DNA of 60,771 nucleotides, filler included, from 5 parts of 5 records of this genome joined end to end with filler, not necessarily neighbours in it, one strand, 5' to 3'. Counted from the first letter of the whole stretch, positions 36,726 to 47,257 are shown. Translations and numbers: made by a program. Notes: generated by a model from the letters alone, not told the origin.

Positions 36726-39026
36726 GTGAGAGTTTCAAATATTAGATATAACGGTGATTGTGAAACCTACCAAATACTTGGTGGTGAGGCAATCTCAATT
36801 GATTTAAAAAGTGGTGATTCAGTTGAAATAGTTGACGTTGAGGGTGATCAAAAGTGCAGCGTTCTTGCATTTGATTCTAAAAAGTCATCCGCTTTATCTT
36901 CCCTTAACTGGAAAACAAAGCCAAAAAATAATTCAAATAAAATCTCCTCAGGTGATTGCTCTGAGATGCTGAAAGCAATCCTTAATGGTAAGAAAATAAA
37001 ATCAAAAGAGTTTCAAGCTGCTGAGCTTTTTTCTGAGTCCAGTCCTGCAGATACGCGACAATCCTTTAATACTAATAATGACCTCTTGTGCGTCTTTGAT
37101 GCAGAGGGCGGTCCAATGTTAGTCGATCAACAAAATTCACCTACAGAAATTTTAATCAATGTCTCTCGTTCAAATCCAACGATTCCTTCTGAGCGTTTAC
37201 CTGAACCATTAGCAAAACCAACAAAAGAGATTAGGGTTAAAGATAGCTCTGCAGTTGCCTATAAAGTGAAGGCGGGTGAGTACATTCAAATCATTGATGT
37301 GGAGGGCCAACAGTGCTCAGATTTTCAGGCATTTATAGAGGAAGATCTTAATAATAACTTGGAACTCTGCCTGGATCCAACTGTGACTCGCTCGCAGATG
37401 CTAGCGAGTTATCCAGCGCCTGGAACTCATGATAAGTTTTATAATCAAAACTCAGTCCCACTAGTTGAGGTCATTCAGGATACAGTGTGTAGGCACGATA
37501 CATTTGGATTGGCCTGTAATGCTAAATATTATGAAGATCGCGGCTTCCCTGGACATATAAGTTGTACAGATAACTTTAACTCATCTCTAGCAGAGTTCGG
37601 CGTTGCTCCAAGGCGAAACTGGGCAGCTGTCAATCTCTTTTTTAATACCGCGATCGAAGAGTGCCACTCACTCAGCTCAGATGTCTCATGGTCAAGACCA
37701 GGAGATTACGTTTTATTAAGGGCTGTAGATGATTTGGTATGTGTATCCTCAGCATGTCCTGACGACACAACTTCCTCTAATGGCTGGAATCCTACCGATA
37801 TACATGTCAGGATTTACGATAAAACGAATAATTTTTCATCGGCAACGGCCTTTAGGCCTGATCCTCAATCAATACCTACTATGACTAAAGAAACTGGTTT
37901 TCATAAAAACACATCGAAACTAACCAAAAACTTCGATAACTATAACGGCTATTGGCTGCCACTCGAATACACCAATTTAGGTGCTATTAAGGAATACTGG
38001 CAAGCCAGAGAGGGGGTAGTCATGATTGATCTGGCTCCGCTCAGAAAGTTTGAGATTTATGGCCAAGACTCAGAGGTTCTCATGCAATATGCGATCACCA
38101 AAGATGTTCGCAAACTCGCAATTGGCCAGGTTGTTTATTCAGCTATGTGCTATGACAACGGGTGCATGATTGACGATGGAACGCTATTCCGTCTTGATGA
38201 TAATAATTTTCGATGGATTGGTGGTTCTGATGATGGCGGTAAGCATCTTAGAAAAATTGCTGAGGATCGTGGACTAGATGTTCGGGTGAAATCCTCAACA
38301 GACCAGCTTCATAATGTTGCGGTTCAGGGCCCTAAGAGTCGCGAGACACTCTCTAAAATTATTTGGATACCTAAATTACAAACGACGATCGAAGACCTTA
38401 AATGGTTCCGATTTACGATTGGAAGGATTGGCGGAGAGTTTGGTATTCCAGTGATGGTTTCAAGAACCGGCTATTCGGGCGAATTAGGTTATGAGGTTTT
38501 TGCTCATCCAAAAGATTGTGAGGCAGTTTGGGATGCAATTGCAGAGGCAGGTGAGGAGTTTGATATTTGTCCATTAGGACTTAATGCACTTGATATGCTT
38601 CGCATTGAAGCAGGATTAATCTTTGCTGGCTATGAGTTTTGCGATCAGACGGACCCGTTTGAAGCTGGCATAGCTTTCACCGTACCCTTAAAGACCAAAG
38701 AAGATGATTTTTCTGGAAAAGAATCTTTAATTCTTCGTAAGAATTCACCACAAAGAGTCCTTGTTGGGTTAGAATTAGATTCTAATGAAGTTGCGCTCCA
38801 TGGTGATGGGGTGTATATTGGAAAACAACAAGTTGGAATTATTACAAGTGCAACCCGTTCGCCGATACTTAAAAAGAACATTGCACTATGTCGAATTTCA
38901 GTTTCAGCGTCAGAGATTGGCAATGAAGTTGAAGTAGGAAAGCTCGATGGACACCATAAGCGTTTATCTGCAAAGGTAGTCTGCTTTCCATTTTATGATC
39001 CTGAAAAAACTCGCGTTAGAATGTAG
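36726..39026 (+). CDS. tdm: Trimethylamine N-oxide demethylase (DUF1989 + aminomethyltransferase)
   Basis: DUF1989 motifs QCSDF, HDTFGLAC...GH.SC.DN and SSACPDD..NGWNPTD; GcvT-like C-terminal half (DDGTLFR, SRTGYSGELGYE, PFYDP); adjacent to tmoXWV. Confidence 0.88.
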   Translation: MRVSNIRYNGDCETYQILGGEAISIDLKSGDSVEIVDVEGDQKCSVLAFDSKKSSALSSLNWKTKPKNNSNKISSGDCSEMLKAILNGKKIKSKEFQAAELFSESSPADTRQSFNTNNDLLCVFDAEGGPMLVDQQNSPTEILINVSRSNPTIPSERLPEPLAKPTKEIRVKDSSAVAYKVKAGEYIQIIDVEGQQCSDFQAFIEEDLNNNLELCLDPTVTRSQMLASYPAPGTHDKFYNQNSVPLVEVIQDTVCRHDTFGLACNAKYYEDRGFPGHISCTDNFNSSLAEFGVAPRRNWAAVNLFFNTAIEECHSLSSDVSWSRPGDYVLLRAVDDLVCVSSACPDDTTSSNGWNPTDIHVRIYDKTNNFSSATAFRPDPQSIPTMTKETGFHKNTSKLTKNFDNYNGYWLPLEYTNLGAIKEYWQAREGVVMIDLAPLRKFEIYGQDSEVLMQYAITKDVRKLAIGQVVYSAMCYDNGCMIDDGTLFRLDDNNFRWIGGSDDGGKHLRKIAEDRGLDVRVKSSTDQLHNVAVQGPKSRETLSKIIWIPKLQTTIEDLKWFRFTIGRIGGEFGIPVMVSRTGYSGELGYEVFAHPKDCEAVWDAIAEAGEEFDICPLGLNALDMLRIEAGLIFAGYEFCDQTDPFEAGIAFTVPLKTKEDDFSGKESLILRKNSPQRVLVGLELDSNEVALHGDGVYIGKQQVGIITSATRSPILKKNIALCRISVSASEIGNEVEVGKLDGHHKRLSAKVVCFPFYDPEKTRVRM

Positions 39027-39174
39027 TTATTTTCAGGCAAAAGAAAATCTTGGGTTTGTAATTATGCCTAAGGTTGAGAGTATGATTTTTTTTATCGGTA
39101 TTTGATGGATGAGTCATTTTTTAAAATTAAATATTTTATGTAATGTATTTAATGTAACTATAAAGGAGAAGTAA

Positions 39175-40113
39175 ATGAATAAATTTACAAGTAAAGTAGC
39201 TGCAGCTGCTTTGACGATGTCTTTAGCTTCTGTTTCAGGTCAAGCTGTTGCAGACTCTTCAAAGCCAATCGTTATTCCAACACATAACTGGTCAAGCCAA
39301 GTGGTAATGGCCTATGTTATTGGTGGTATTTTTGAAAGCATGGGTAACAATGTTGAATATGTTCCAGCTGATTCTCAAGCAGTTTATGAAGCGATTCGTA
39401 ATGGAGACGTCACTATTTCACACGAAGTATGGCAGTCTGCGTTTGGCGCATCTTTCTATAATGCAATGGAGAAAGGCGGAATTATTGATGCTGGTAACCA
39501 TGAAGCGATGACTCTTGAAGAAATGGGTGTCCCACAATGGGTTGTAGATGAAAACTTATGCCCAGGACTTCCAAACTGGGAAGCTCTTAAAGACTGTAAA
39601 GATGTCTTTGTTACAGCTGACTCAGGTGGTAAAGGTCGTTGGTTAGAAGGACCACAAAGTTGGCATGGTAATCTTATGCCAGAGCGTATTGCTGCTCTAG
39701 GTCTTGGCGATGACTACATGGTTAAGTTTGCTGGTGGTGCAGATGCACTATGGGCGGATTTAGCTGCTGCTAAGAAAGAAGGCCGTGGAACAATCGTCTT
39801 TAACTGGACTCCAAACTTTACAGATGCTGATGGATTTGCATTCATTGAATTCCCTGAGTACTATGATGGATGTAGAGTCGTTGATGGTGGTGATGGTGCT
39901 TGTGGATCTCCAAAAGGTTGGTTGAAAAAAGCAGCTAACTATAAGTTCCCTAAGACACATCCAGATGCTTACACAGCGTTCACAAAGATGTCTTTCTCAA
40001 CAACTCATATTGGTCAAATGGCCGCACTTGTTGACGTTGATGGCATGAGCCATCAAGACGCTGCAGCTGCATGGCTTGCCGATAATCAGGATGTTGTATC
40101 AGCATTTAAATAA
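39175..40113 (+). CDS. tmoX: TMAO ABC transporter substrate-binding protein
   Basis: Signal peptide; DSSKPIVIPTHNWSSQ N-terminus, HEVW, CPGLP.W and FNWTPNF of the TmoX-type betaine-family binding proteins; next to tdm; SD AAGGAG. Confidence 0.85.
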   Translation: MNKFTSKVAAAALTMSLASVSGQAVADSSKPIVIPTHNWSSQVVMAYVIGGIFESMGNNVEYVPADSQAVYEAIRNGDVTISHEVWQSAFGASFYNAMEKGGIIDAGNHEAMTLEEMGVPQWVVDENLCPGLPNWEALKDCKDVFVTADSGGKGRWLEGPQSWHGNLMPERIAALGLGDDYMVKFAGGADALWADLAAAKKEGRGTIVFNWTPNFTDADGFAFIEFPEYYDGCRVVDGGDGACGSPKGWLKKAANYKFPKTHPDAYTAFTKMSFSTTHIGQMAALVDVDGMSHQDAAAAWLADNQDVVSAFK

Positions 40114-40169
40114 GGCTTATATAGCTTAGTCTTCTTAATTTATTAAGAAGTTTATAAATGTTTTAAATC

Positions 40170-40205
40170 TCTCCCCTGGGCTTACTCAGCTAGGGGAGAT
40201 TTATT
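40170..40205 (+). terminator. GC-rich stem-loop after tmoX (terminator or stabiliser)
   Basis: TCTCCCCTG(G)GCT-TACTC-AGCTAGGGGAGA followed by TTTATT. Confidence 0.65.
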
Positions 40206-40302
40206 ATGCCCTTTACTTAATACTATTATTCTTATCTAATAACATTAAGTAAGGTGATATTTTTTTGTATACTTTAACTATAAAGTTAATTTGGAAACTC
40301 AT

Positions 40303-41361
40303 ATGTCATCAGATACAACAATAAGTCCATCTAGTCACCCCGTTATTAAGTGTGACTCAGTCTATAAAATATTTGGTGAAAACGCCAAAAAATTACTCCA
40401 AGAGGCTAATGGTCAAGTTGATGCTCAAGAATTCCAGGATGCTGGTTGTGTAGTTGGTGTTAATAGCGCCTCTTTTGAGGTTCAGCGCGGCGAGATGCTG
40501 GTTGTCATGGGTCTTTCAGGTTCAGGTAAATCAACGCTACTAAGATGTATATCCAGGCTCACTGATACAACAGCAGGAAATATATATATTGATGGTGAGG
40601 ATCTTCTTTCATTGAACTCAAAGGAGCTTATCGAGCTGAGAAGAAACAAAATGGGAATGGTCTTCCAAAGTTTTGCGTTATTACCTCACAAAACAGTTTT
40701 AGAAAATATTGCCTTTCCACTCCAAGTGAAAGGTAATAGCACTTCTGATAGCATGAAAAGAGCAATGGAAATGGTTGAGCTAGTTGGCCTTACAGGCCGT
40801 GAAAACTACTTTCCTAGAGAGCTATCAGGGGGCCAGCAACAAAGAGTTGGTATCGCAAGATCTTTGGCTGTTGAGCCTGACATTTGGTTTCTAGATGAGC
40901 CTTTTTCGGCGCTAGATCCTCTCATTAGAAAAGAGATGCAGGATGAGTTTTTAAGGCTTCAAGGCGTTCTTAATAAAACCATTTTGTTTGTCACTCACGA
41001 TTTCGATGAGGCGCTGCGCCTTGCTGATCGAATAGCCATTATGAAAGATGGGATTATTGAGCAGTTAGATACCCCGGCTAACATCGTTTTAAATCCTGCA
41101 ACCGAGTATGTTCGAAAGTTCACTGAAGAAGTGCCTAGGGAGAAGGTGTTAAAAATTGAATCTGTGATGGATCCTGTTGGCAGCGCTGATGAGGAGCTCA
41201 GTAAACTTCAAGTTTCAAAAGATGCAATTATTGAGACTGTTGCTGAGGCGGTTTTAAGTGAGCAAAAGCCGGTAGCTGTTTTAGATGAGAATAATAAAGT
41301 TGTCGGCGTTTTAAATTGCTCAACTATTATTCATGTTCTTTTTGGTGACCGATCAAGTTAA
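40303..41361 (+). CDS. tmoW: Betaine/TMAO ABC transporter ATP-binding subunit
   Basis: GLSGSGKS, LSGGQQQRV and DEPFSALDPLIR motifs (ProV/OpuAA family). ATG 40303 preferred over TTG 40291. Confidence 0.85.
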   Translation: MSSDTTISPSSHPVIKCDSVYKIFGENAKKLLQEANGQVDAQEFQDAGCVVGVNSASFEVQRGEMLVVMGLSGSGKSTLLRCISRLTDTTAGNIYIDGEDLLSLNSKELIELRRNKMGMVFQSFALLPHKTVLENIAFPLQVKGNSTSDSMKRAMEMVELVGLTGRENYFPRELSGGQQQRVGIARSLAVEPDIWFLDEPFSALDPLIRKEMQDEFLRLQGVLNKTILFVTHDFDEALRLADRIAIMKDGIIEQLDTPANIVLNPATEYVRKFTEEVPREKVLKIESVMDPVGSADEELSKLQVSKDAIIETVAEAVLSEQKPVAVLDENNKVVGVLNCSTIIHVLFGDRSS

Positions 41362-41385
41362 ACGAAATTTCAAATATTAAATGAA

Positions 41386-43800
41386 ATGATGGACTATTTA
41401 AAAAACAATCCAAAACTTGTGCAATTTGGTATCGTTTTAATTGTATTTTTTATTCTGATGTCAATGACAGGAGAATATAAGGACATTATTTTGCTTCGGG
41501 ATGGTTTTGCAAATAAAGTAAATTCTGGAGAAATCGATGCTATAGCCAGTTTTTCAGATTCATTTAGAATGATCCTAAGTGGTCAGCTACCCCCTCAGCT
41601 TATTAGGCTTCCCGAATTAAACTTTTTTAATCCAGTCACTAATACTTCAATTCTGTTCAAACTGATCGCCCTTGTAACTATTCTAGGTCTCCTATTTAGA
41701 AACTATTTTACAACTACTAAAATAACGAGAGATTTGCCAATTGACTGGTTCAAGGAGAACTGGACAAAGCTTTTTGTATATATACCAGCTGGAGTCATTG
41801 TTGGCTTTCTGATTCTACCAACCCTTATGAACTGGTTTTTTGGGGACATTACGACAAGTAGCTTTTGGTCAATGAACCAAATCATTAATGACTCTGCTGA
41901 ATTCGTCATGTATGAATGGTGGCCGGTTGAAATTTACGATCCAGAGATTGAAGATTATGACGATTCTGCAATGATTAAGGAGATCACTAGAGGCTTTTCT
42001 CGGTCTATTCTCTTTGCTATTGAGTTTATTCGTGAGATTTTATTAGGTGGAATTAAAACAATTGTTGCCTTTACAAGCTGGGACTGGTCTGATGCGAATG
42101 AATGGGCAGTTTGGCCAGCACTTCCTTGGACTGTTGTTTCCGCTTCAGCCATTATGATTGGCTATTATTTAAGTGGAAGAGGTTTGGCAATATTGGCCGC
42201 CTTTTCTACTATATATATCAGTGTTTTTGGTCAGTGGGAGCCTTCTATGGAAACACTCTCATTTGTTCTCGTAGCTGCCCCAGTTTCATTTATCTTGGGA
42301 CTTGGTTTTGGTGTTTGGGCTTACAAGAGTAAAACCACCGAAACAGTATTAATGCCTTTGCTAAACGTTGCTCAAACTATGCCTCATTTCTCTTACCTTG
42401 TCCCGGTGATGGTGTTCTTTGGTGTGGGTGATCATGCTGGCGCTATAGCAACAATTATCTTTGCAACCCCTCCGATGATTAGGCTGACACTTCTGGGTTT
42501 AAAAAAGGTTTCTCCTGAAGTACTCGATGCGGGGATGATGAGCGGCTGTAATAACTACCAACTAATGTCTAAAGTTTTAATTCCTACAGCCAGAAGAGAT
42601 ATTTTAATTGGCGTCAACCAGGTCATCATGCAGTGCTTGGCGATGGCGGTCATTGCATCATTCATTGGAGCAAAAGGTTTAGGCTTTAATCTACTTCTTG
42701 CTCTAAATCAATTGAAAATAGGGCAAGCCCTAGAGCTTGGTATTTGTATTGTTCTTATTGCGGTCTTTTTAGATAAACTCTCTTTGGCCTGGGCTAATAA
42801 GCAGACTGACTACTTTGCCGACCTGCCTTTTATTGAAAGGCATAAGTATGCGGTATCCTTTGCCATCATTCTTGTCGTTGGAAGTTTGCTGGCAATTCTT
42901 GGAACTTTTTTGTTTAAGGATGGAATCAATTATCTCTATATGATTCCACACAACAAGGGCTACACATCTCAACTATTCTGGCAGTCTGGTGTTGACTGGA
43001 TATGGGATACTTTTTTCTTCTCATTGCAGGGGTTTAATACTTGGTTAATTCAGGATGTCCTCATTCCGATGAAGACGGCTTACCTTTCAATGCCTGTTAT
43101 AGCAACCTTTACACTTGTCATGGGTGTTGGTTATATCATTGGTGGAATAAGGTCTGCACTGATAGTGGGTGGCTTTTTACTTGTTATCGCTCTATTACAG
43201 TGGTGGGAAAGAGCTCTCATTACAGCTTATATGGCTAGCTTTGGCGTTATCGTGTCTGGCATCATTGGAATTACTGTGGGCACTCTGTGCGCCAGAAGTA
43301 AGTTGGCAAGTAAGATCATTCTTCTGGTTTGTGACACCTTTCAAACGTTCCCATCATTTATCTATTTAATTCCAGTGATCATGCTGTTTGGAGTAACCGA
43401 TACCTCAGTATTAATTGCAGTGATTGTCTATGCAACGATTCCTGCGACAAGGTACACCGTTGAGGGCCTTAATAGTGTTCCTGATGCATTGCAGGATGCC
43501 GGCTCTATGTCTGGCGTTAATCGTATGCAAAGATGGCTCAAAATCGAGCTCCCTTTGGCTTTTCCTCATATTATGCTAGGACTCAATCAAACGGTTATTT
43601 TTGCCCTATTTATGGTGATTATTGGTGCAATGATTGGCACAGATGACTTAGGACAATTCATTCTTAAGGCTTTGTCTGACAGACAAGGCATTGGAAACGG
43701 ACTGCTATTGGGCTTATGTGTTGCTTTTATTGGGCTTGCAGTTGATCATCTCATTCAGACCTGGGCAACGAAGAGAAGGAAGCTGCTGGGTATAGACTAG
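41386..43800 (+). CDS. tmoV: Fused two-domain ABC permease
   Basis: Two ProW-like domains (QTMPHFSYLVP...GVNQ and QTFPSFIYLIP...GLNQ) plus an N-terminal membrane extension. Confidence 0.82.
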   Translation: MMDYLKNNPKLVQFGIVLIVFFILMSMTGEYKDIILLRDGFANKVNSGEIDAIASFSDSFRMILSGQLPPQLIRLPELNFFNPVTNTSILFKLIALVTILGLLFRNYFTTTKITRDLPIDWFKENWTKLFVYIPAGVIVGFLILPTLMNWFFGDITTSSFWSMNQIINDSAEFVMYEWWPVEIYDPEIEDYDDSAMIKEITRGFSRSILFAIEFIREILLGGIKTIVAFTSWDWSDANEWAVWPALPWTVVSASAIMIGYYLSGRGLAILAAFSTIYISVFGQWEPSMETLSFVLVAAPVSFILGLGFGVWAYKSKTTETVLMPLLNVAQTMPHFSYLVPVMVFFGVGDHAGAIATIIFATPPMIRLTLLGLKKVSPEVLDAGMMSGCNNYQLMSKVLIPTARRDILIGVNQVIMQCLAMAVIASFIGAKGLGFNLLLALNQLKIGQALELGICIVLIAVFLDKLSLAWANKQTDYFADLPFIERHKYAVSFAIILVVGSLLAILGTFLFKDGINYLYMIPHNKGYTSQLFWQSGVDWIWDTFFFSLQGFNTWLIQDVLIPMKTAYLSMPVIATFTLVMGVGYIIGGIRSALIVGGFLLVIALLQWWERALITAYMASFGVIVSGIIGITVGTLCARSKLASKIILLVCDTFQTFPSFIYLIPVIMLFGVTDTSVLIAVIVYATIPATRYTVEGLNSVPDALQDAGSMSGVNRMQRWLKIELPLAFPHIMLGLNQTVIFALFMVIIGAMIGTDDLGQFILKALSDRQGIGNGLLLGLCVAFIGLAVDHLIQTWATKRRKLLGID

Positions 43801-43921
43801 CTTCTATCCATTTTCTGGTAGAGCCTTTTTAAATTCAAATCTAAGTGAAATTAATTACCAATTTCACGAATCATTCTGTTGATAATATCTACCCATAGAT
43901 TTTTTAATTAGGGGCGTAAAA

Positions 43922-44755
43922 ATGAAGATTATTGATGGCAAGACACTTGCTGAAAATCTCAGAAAAAATATTGCTAACGAAGTGAAGCAGTACTCAAGAC
44001 CTCCTGGTTTGGCGGTTTTACTCGTCGGCGATGATCAAGCTTCACAAGTCTATGTTAGAAATAAGTCGAGAGCATGCGTTGAGGTTGGTTTTTATTCCGA
44101 TCAAATCCATAAATCAGCAAACATTACTCAAGAGGAGTTGTTGTCAGAAGTTCAAAGGCTGAATGATAATAATAACATTGATGGTATTTTGGTGCAGCTT
44201 CCTTTGCCTTCTCACATTGACGCAAATGAAATCATTGAAGCAATCATTCCTGAAAAGGATGTAGACGGGTTCAGTAGTGAGAATGTTGGCAAGCTCAGTC
44301 TAAATAAACCTTTTATTAGTCCTTGTACGCCTAAGGGCGTTATTAAAATGCTAGACTCGATCAAGTGCGATCTGAGAGGCAAAGACTGCGTCATTATTGG
44401 TGCATCCAATATCGTTGGAAGGCCGATGGCGATGGAGTTCCTTAATGCGGGAGCGACTGTCCAGGTGTGCCATAAAGAAACCAAAGACATCAAACAGAAA
44501 GCGAAGTCAGCGGACATTATTGTCGCAGCAGCCGGCGTTGCTAACCTTGTTAACAGTGAATGGGTCAAAGAGGGTGCGGTCATTATTGATGTTGGCATCA
44601 ATCGACTTGAGGATGGGTCGATGACGGGTGACGTTGATTTTGATGACGTCAAGGATGTTGTCTCAGCTATCTCTCCAGTTCCTGGAGGCGTTGGACCGAT
44701 GACGATTGCGGTTCTTCTTGAGAATACTTTAACGGCCTACCAAGCCAAGCTATAA
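43922..44755 (+). CDS. folD: Methylenetetrahydrofolate dehydrogenase/cyclohydrolase
   Basis: YVRNK, GILVQLPLP, KDVDG, PCTP, SNIVGRP and PVPGGVGPMT motifs. Confidence 0.97.
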   Translation: MKIIDGKTLAENLRKNIANEVKQYSRPPGLAVLLVGDDQASQVYVRNKSRACVEVGFYSDQIHKSANITQEELLSEVQRLNDNNNIDGILVQLPLPSHIDANEIIEAIIPEKDVDGFSSENVGKLSLNKPFISPCTPKGVIKMLDSIKCDLRGKDCVIIGASNIVGRPMAMEFLNAGATVQVCHKETKDIKQKAKSADIIVAAAGVANLVNSEWVKEGAVIIDVGINRLEDGSMTGDVDFDDVKDVVSAISPVPGGVGPMTIAVLLENTLTAYQAKL

Positions 44756-45913
44756 GTCAGATCTAAAGTCTTTAAGGGTTTGCGCGATCCAGCGATGAAA
44801 GCAGTGGGTTGCACTATCCATAACGGGTGAGAACTTGCCGCCATCAAACATAAGGCCATTCCTGCCGCGCTGCATGCCTTCAACAACGCCAATATCTTCC
44901 TGAAATACAGTCTTCCAGAATGAGGCATTCTCATCGATGAGGCTATTTAACTGCGGCATCTCCGAAGGATTCTTTGAGTAGTAAAGAGAGATATGCTCGA
45001 TTGTCTTGTTGGTCGCAATCGGCTCAATAATGATGGAAAAAAAGTGGTCTCTGTGAACCCCTAAAAGGACGTTCGGATACAAAGCAATGTATTCACTCGT
45101 CTTATCCCATTTGTTTGAGAGTCCATCAAAATCTGGGAACACTTTTCCATCTTCATTTTTAATTTGATTGTAGACATGGGAGCCTTGTCCTGAGAAAGCG
45201 CCCATTTCTTCGATATGGTAGTGATCTTCAATACTTGATGTGACGTTGAGCTCAGGGTGTACCCATGGCAAATGGTAGCTCTCACAGTAGTTTTCAACGG
45301 CAAGCTTCCAGTTCGTCTCTAAGGTCAGTGAGAAAGACGATTTTTCACCGCCATGATAAAGTGGTTTGTTAAATTCAGACCACCGCTCAATGACCTTGGA
45401 GGCGTAATCATTGAACGCAGGTGCTGTTCCTGAAATATTGACAAAAATAATGTCTTGCCAAACGCTAGATCTTACTTCAAATAAACCGAGCTCTTGGTTG
45501 TTGATGGATTCATGAGAATTGGAATCAGTGCCTCCCACCATTGGAGTTGCGCATAGATCACCCTCAAGGTTATAGCACCAGCTGTGATAGGGGCAGCGAA
45601 TAACGCCACTAATGTTGCTAGGCTCCTCAATGAGTATCATTCCCCTGTGTCGACACGTATTTTGAAAGACATTGATCCGATTGTTTTCATCACGAACCAT
45701 GATGAGCGGCATGCCAACAAAATGGATTGGCTTGACATCACCTATATTAGGTATGTCTTTACCCGCTCCAATGGCTGACCAGTTGTCAAAAAGAATGGCT
45801 TTCTTTTCTTCCTCAAAAACTGCCTCACTGACGTAATGCTCGTTAGGAAGGCCCTTTGCCTTATCGGTTGAAGTGAGAACTGAATCTAAGTTGCTAAGTG
45901 GAATGGAAGACAC
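44750..45913 (-). CDS. Rieske non-heme iron oxygenase alpha subunit (choline-monooxygenase/N-demethylase-like group)
   Basis: CRHRG...CPYH Rieske motif; NWK..ENYCESYH...VH mononuclear Fe site; ED...VE..Q.G. Confidence 0.9.
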   Translation of the reverse strand: MSSIPLSNLDSVLTSTDKAKGLPNEHYVSEAVFEEEKKAILFDNWSAIGAGKDIPNIGDVKPIHFVGMPLIMVRDENNRINVFQNTCRHRGMILIEEPSNISGVIRCPYHSWCYNLEGDLCATPMVGGTDSNSHESINNQELGLFEVRSSVWQDIIFVNISGTAPAFNDYASKVIERWSEFNKPLYHGGEKSSFSLTLETNWKLAVENYCESYHLPWVHPELNVTSSIEDHYHIEEMGAFSGQGSHVYNQIKNEDGKVFPDFDGLSNKWDKTSEYIALYPNVLLGVHRDHFFSIIIEPIATNKTIEHISLYYSKNPSEMPQLNSLIDENASFWKTVFQEDIGVVEGMQRGRNGLMFDGGKFSPVMDSATHCFHRWIAQTLKDFRSDL

Positions 45914-45972
45914 TATAAAAAATTAACTAAAAAACGATATGATACTATCGCTTTGAATAGATGAAAGACAAT

Positions 45973-46004
45973 AAAATTCAATTATAAAATTGAATATTTT
46001 TCAA
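45973..46004 (-). promoter_or_regulatory. LysR-type operator upstream of the Rieske gene
   Basis: Perfect dyad TTGAA-N5-TTCAA (45990-46004, contains T-N11-A), followed on the minus strand by TTGAATTTT. Confidence 0.5.
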
Positions 46005-46015
46005 GAAGTAGACTT

Positions 46016-46912
46016 TTAAATTTTAGATTTAGAAATGAGGAAATCTCTCAGCACTTTAACGTTATCAGGAAGAAGCTCTTCCTTCTCACTCATGATATAA
46101 ATAGCTGAAGGTGCTGGGATTGAATTGTCTCCAAGAATCACTAACTCTCCGCTATCTATTTTAGGCTTACAGAGATGCTTCCAGCCCAACGCAATACCCA
46201 TGCCGTCAGAAGCTGCCTGAAGCCCAATCATATAGTTATTGACGTGAATTCCAGGGGATATTTTTCCTTTGTATCCGAGAGCACTGAACCATGAAAACCA
46301 GTTCGACCAGTTCTTGTCTTTCGCTCTGAGATGAATAAGAGGAGCTTGAGCCAAATCTTCTATTGAAGGGTTTGGAAACTCTTTTGCATAACTAGGGCTA
46401 CAAACTGGCACCAAGTCATCCTGAAAAAGGGTATGTTTTTGAGTGGACTCGTTTTCAACAAATCCATAACAAATCTTAAGATCAACGGCTACGCCCTGAG
46501 AGTCAGGGTTGTCAGTGACATGCTGATTGACAGGAATTTCAGGGTGCTGCTTCCAAAACTCAGCCAATCTCGGCGGCAACCATAAGAATGATACTGCTGT
46601 GGTTGCGCTAATAATGACCTCTTTGTCGCTTGCAGAGCGCCTCAGGTTTGCAAGTGTTGAGGATACAGCAGTGAAGCTGCTCTGAAGCACAGCAAATAAA
46701 GATTCACCATGATCCGTTAAATTGTTACCGTGATGTTTTCTGTCAAATAAGGAAAGGCCCAGCTCAGTTTCAAGAAACTTAATTTGATGACTGACCGCAC
46801 CTGGGGTAACGCCTAGCTCTTCAGCGGCGCCTTTAAAACTCCTGTGACGTGCAGCGGTTTCAAATGTTGCTAGTGATGTGAGCGGTGGTAATTTATAGTA
46901 TCTACGAGACAT
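46016..46912 (-). CDS. LysR-family regulator (GcvA-like)
   Basis: LPPL.SL..FE.AARH.SF..AA.EL.VT.GAVSHQIK.LE HTH; WL.PRL..F; G.GIALGW. Confidence 0.93.
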   Translation of the reverse strand: MSRRYYKLPPLTSLATFETAARHRSFKGAAEELGVTPGAVSHQIKFLETELGLSLFDRKHHGNNLTDHGESLFAVLQSSFTAVSSTLANLRRSASDKEVIISATTAVSFLWLPPRLAEFWKQHPEIPVNQHVTDNPDSQGVAVDLKICYGFVENESTQKHTLFQDDLVPVCSPSYAKEFPNPSIEDLAQAPLIHLRAKDKNWSNWFSWFSALGYKGKISPGIHVNNYMIGLQAASDGMGIALGWKHLCKPKIDSGELVILGDNSIPAPSAIYIMSEKEELLPDNVKVLRDFLISKSKI

Positions 46913-47132
46913 TGTTTTTTCCTAAATGTTGAATCCAAGTATACTTAGTTTTTAAATTTTATGTTCAAATTGAGCCTTTTAATCCATTTTAACCATTAAT
47001 ATTTACTATAATTAACCGAAGTCAATAGGTATAGAAAAGGCTTTATTTATAAGGCTTTTGTTAATAATAACAAAATAACAGATCCCCTTGAAATGTATGT
47101 GAGAAAGTATATTATCTTTTTTTATAGGGTAT

Positions 47133-47166
47133 TAGAATTATTTTCACTTCGATTTGAATTTTTTAA
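47133..47166 (+). promoter_or_regulatory. LysR-type operator upstream of the flavoprotein-sox operon
   Basis: TAGAA-N5-TTCAC dyad followed by TTGAATTTTTTAA (T-N11-A); same layout as the site at 45973-46004. Confidence 0.4.
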
Positions 47167-47257
47167 CCATTAACTACTTTCAATTTATTGATAATAATGA
47201 TAACGAAAAAGGGGTTACTTTTTATACTTTAAATAAATCATCTTAAGGAGATTAAAT

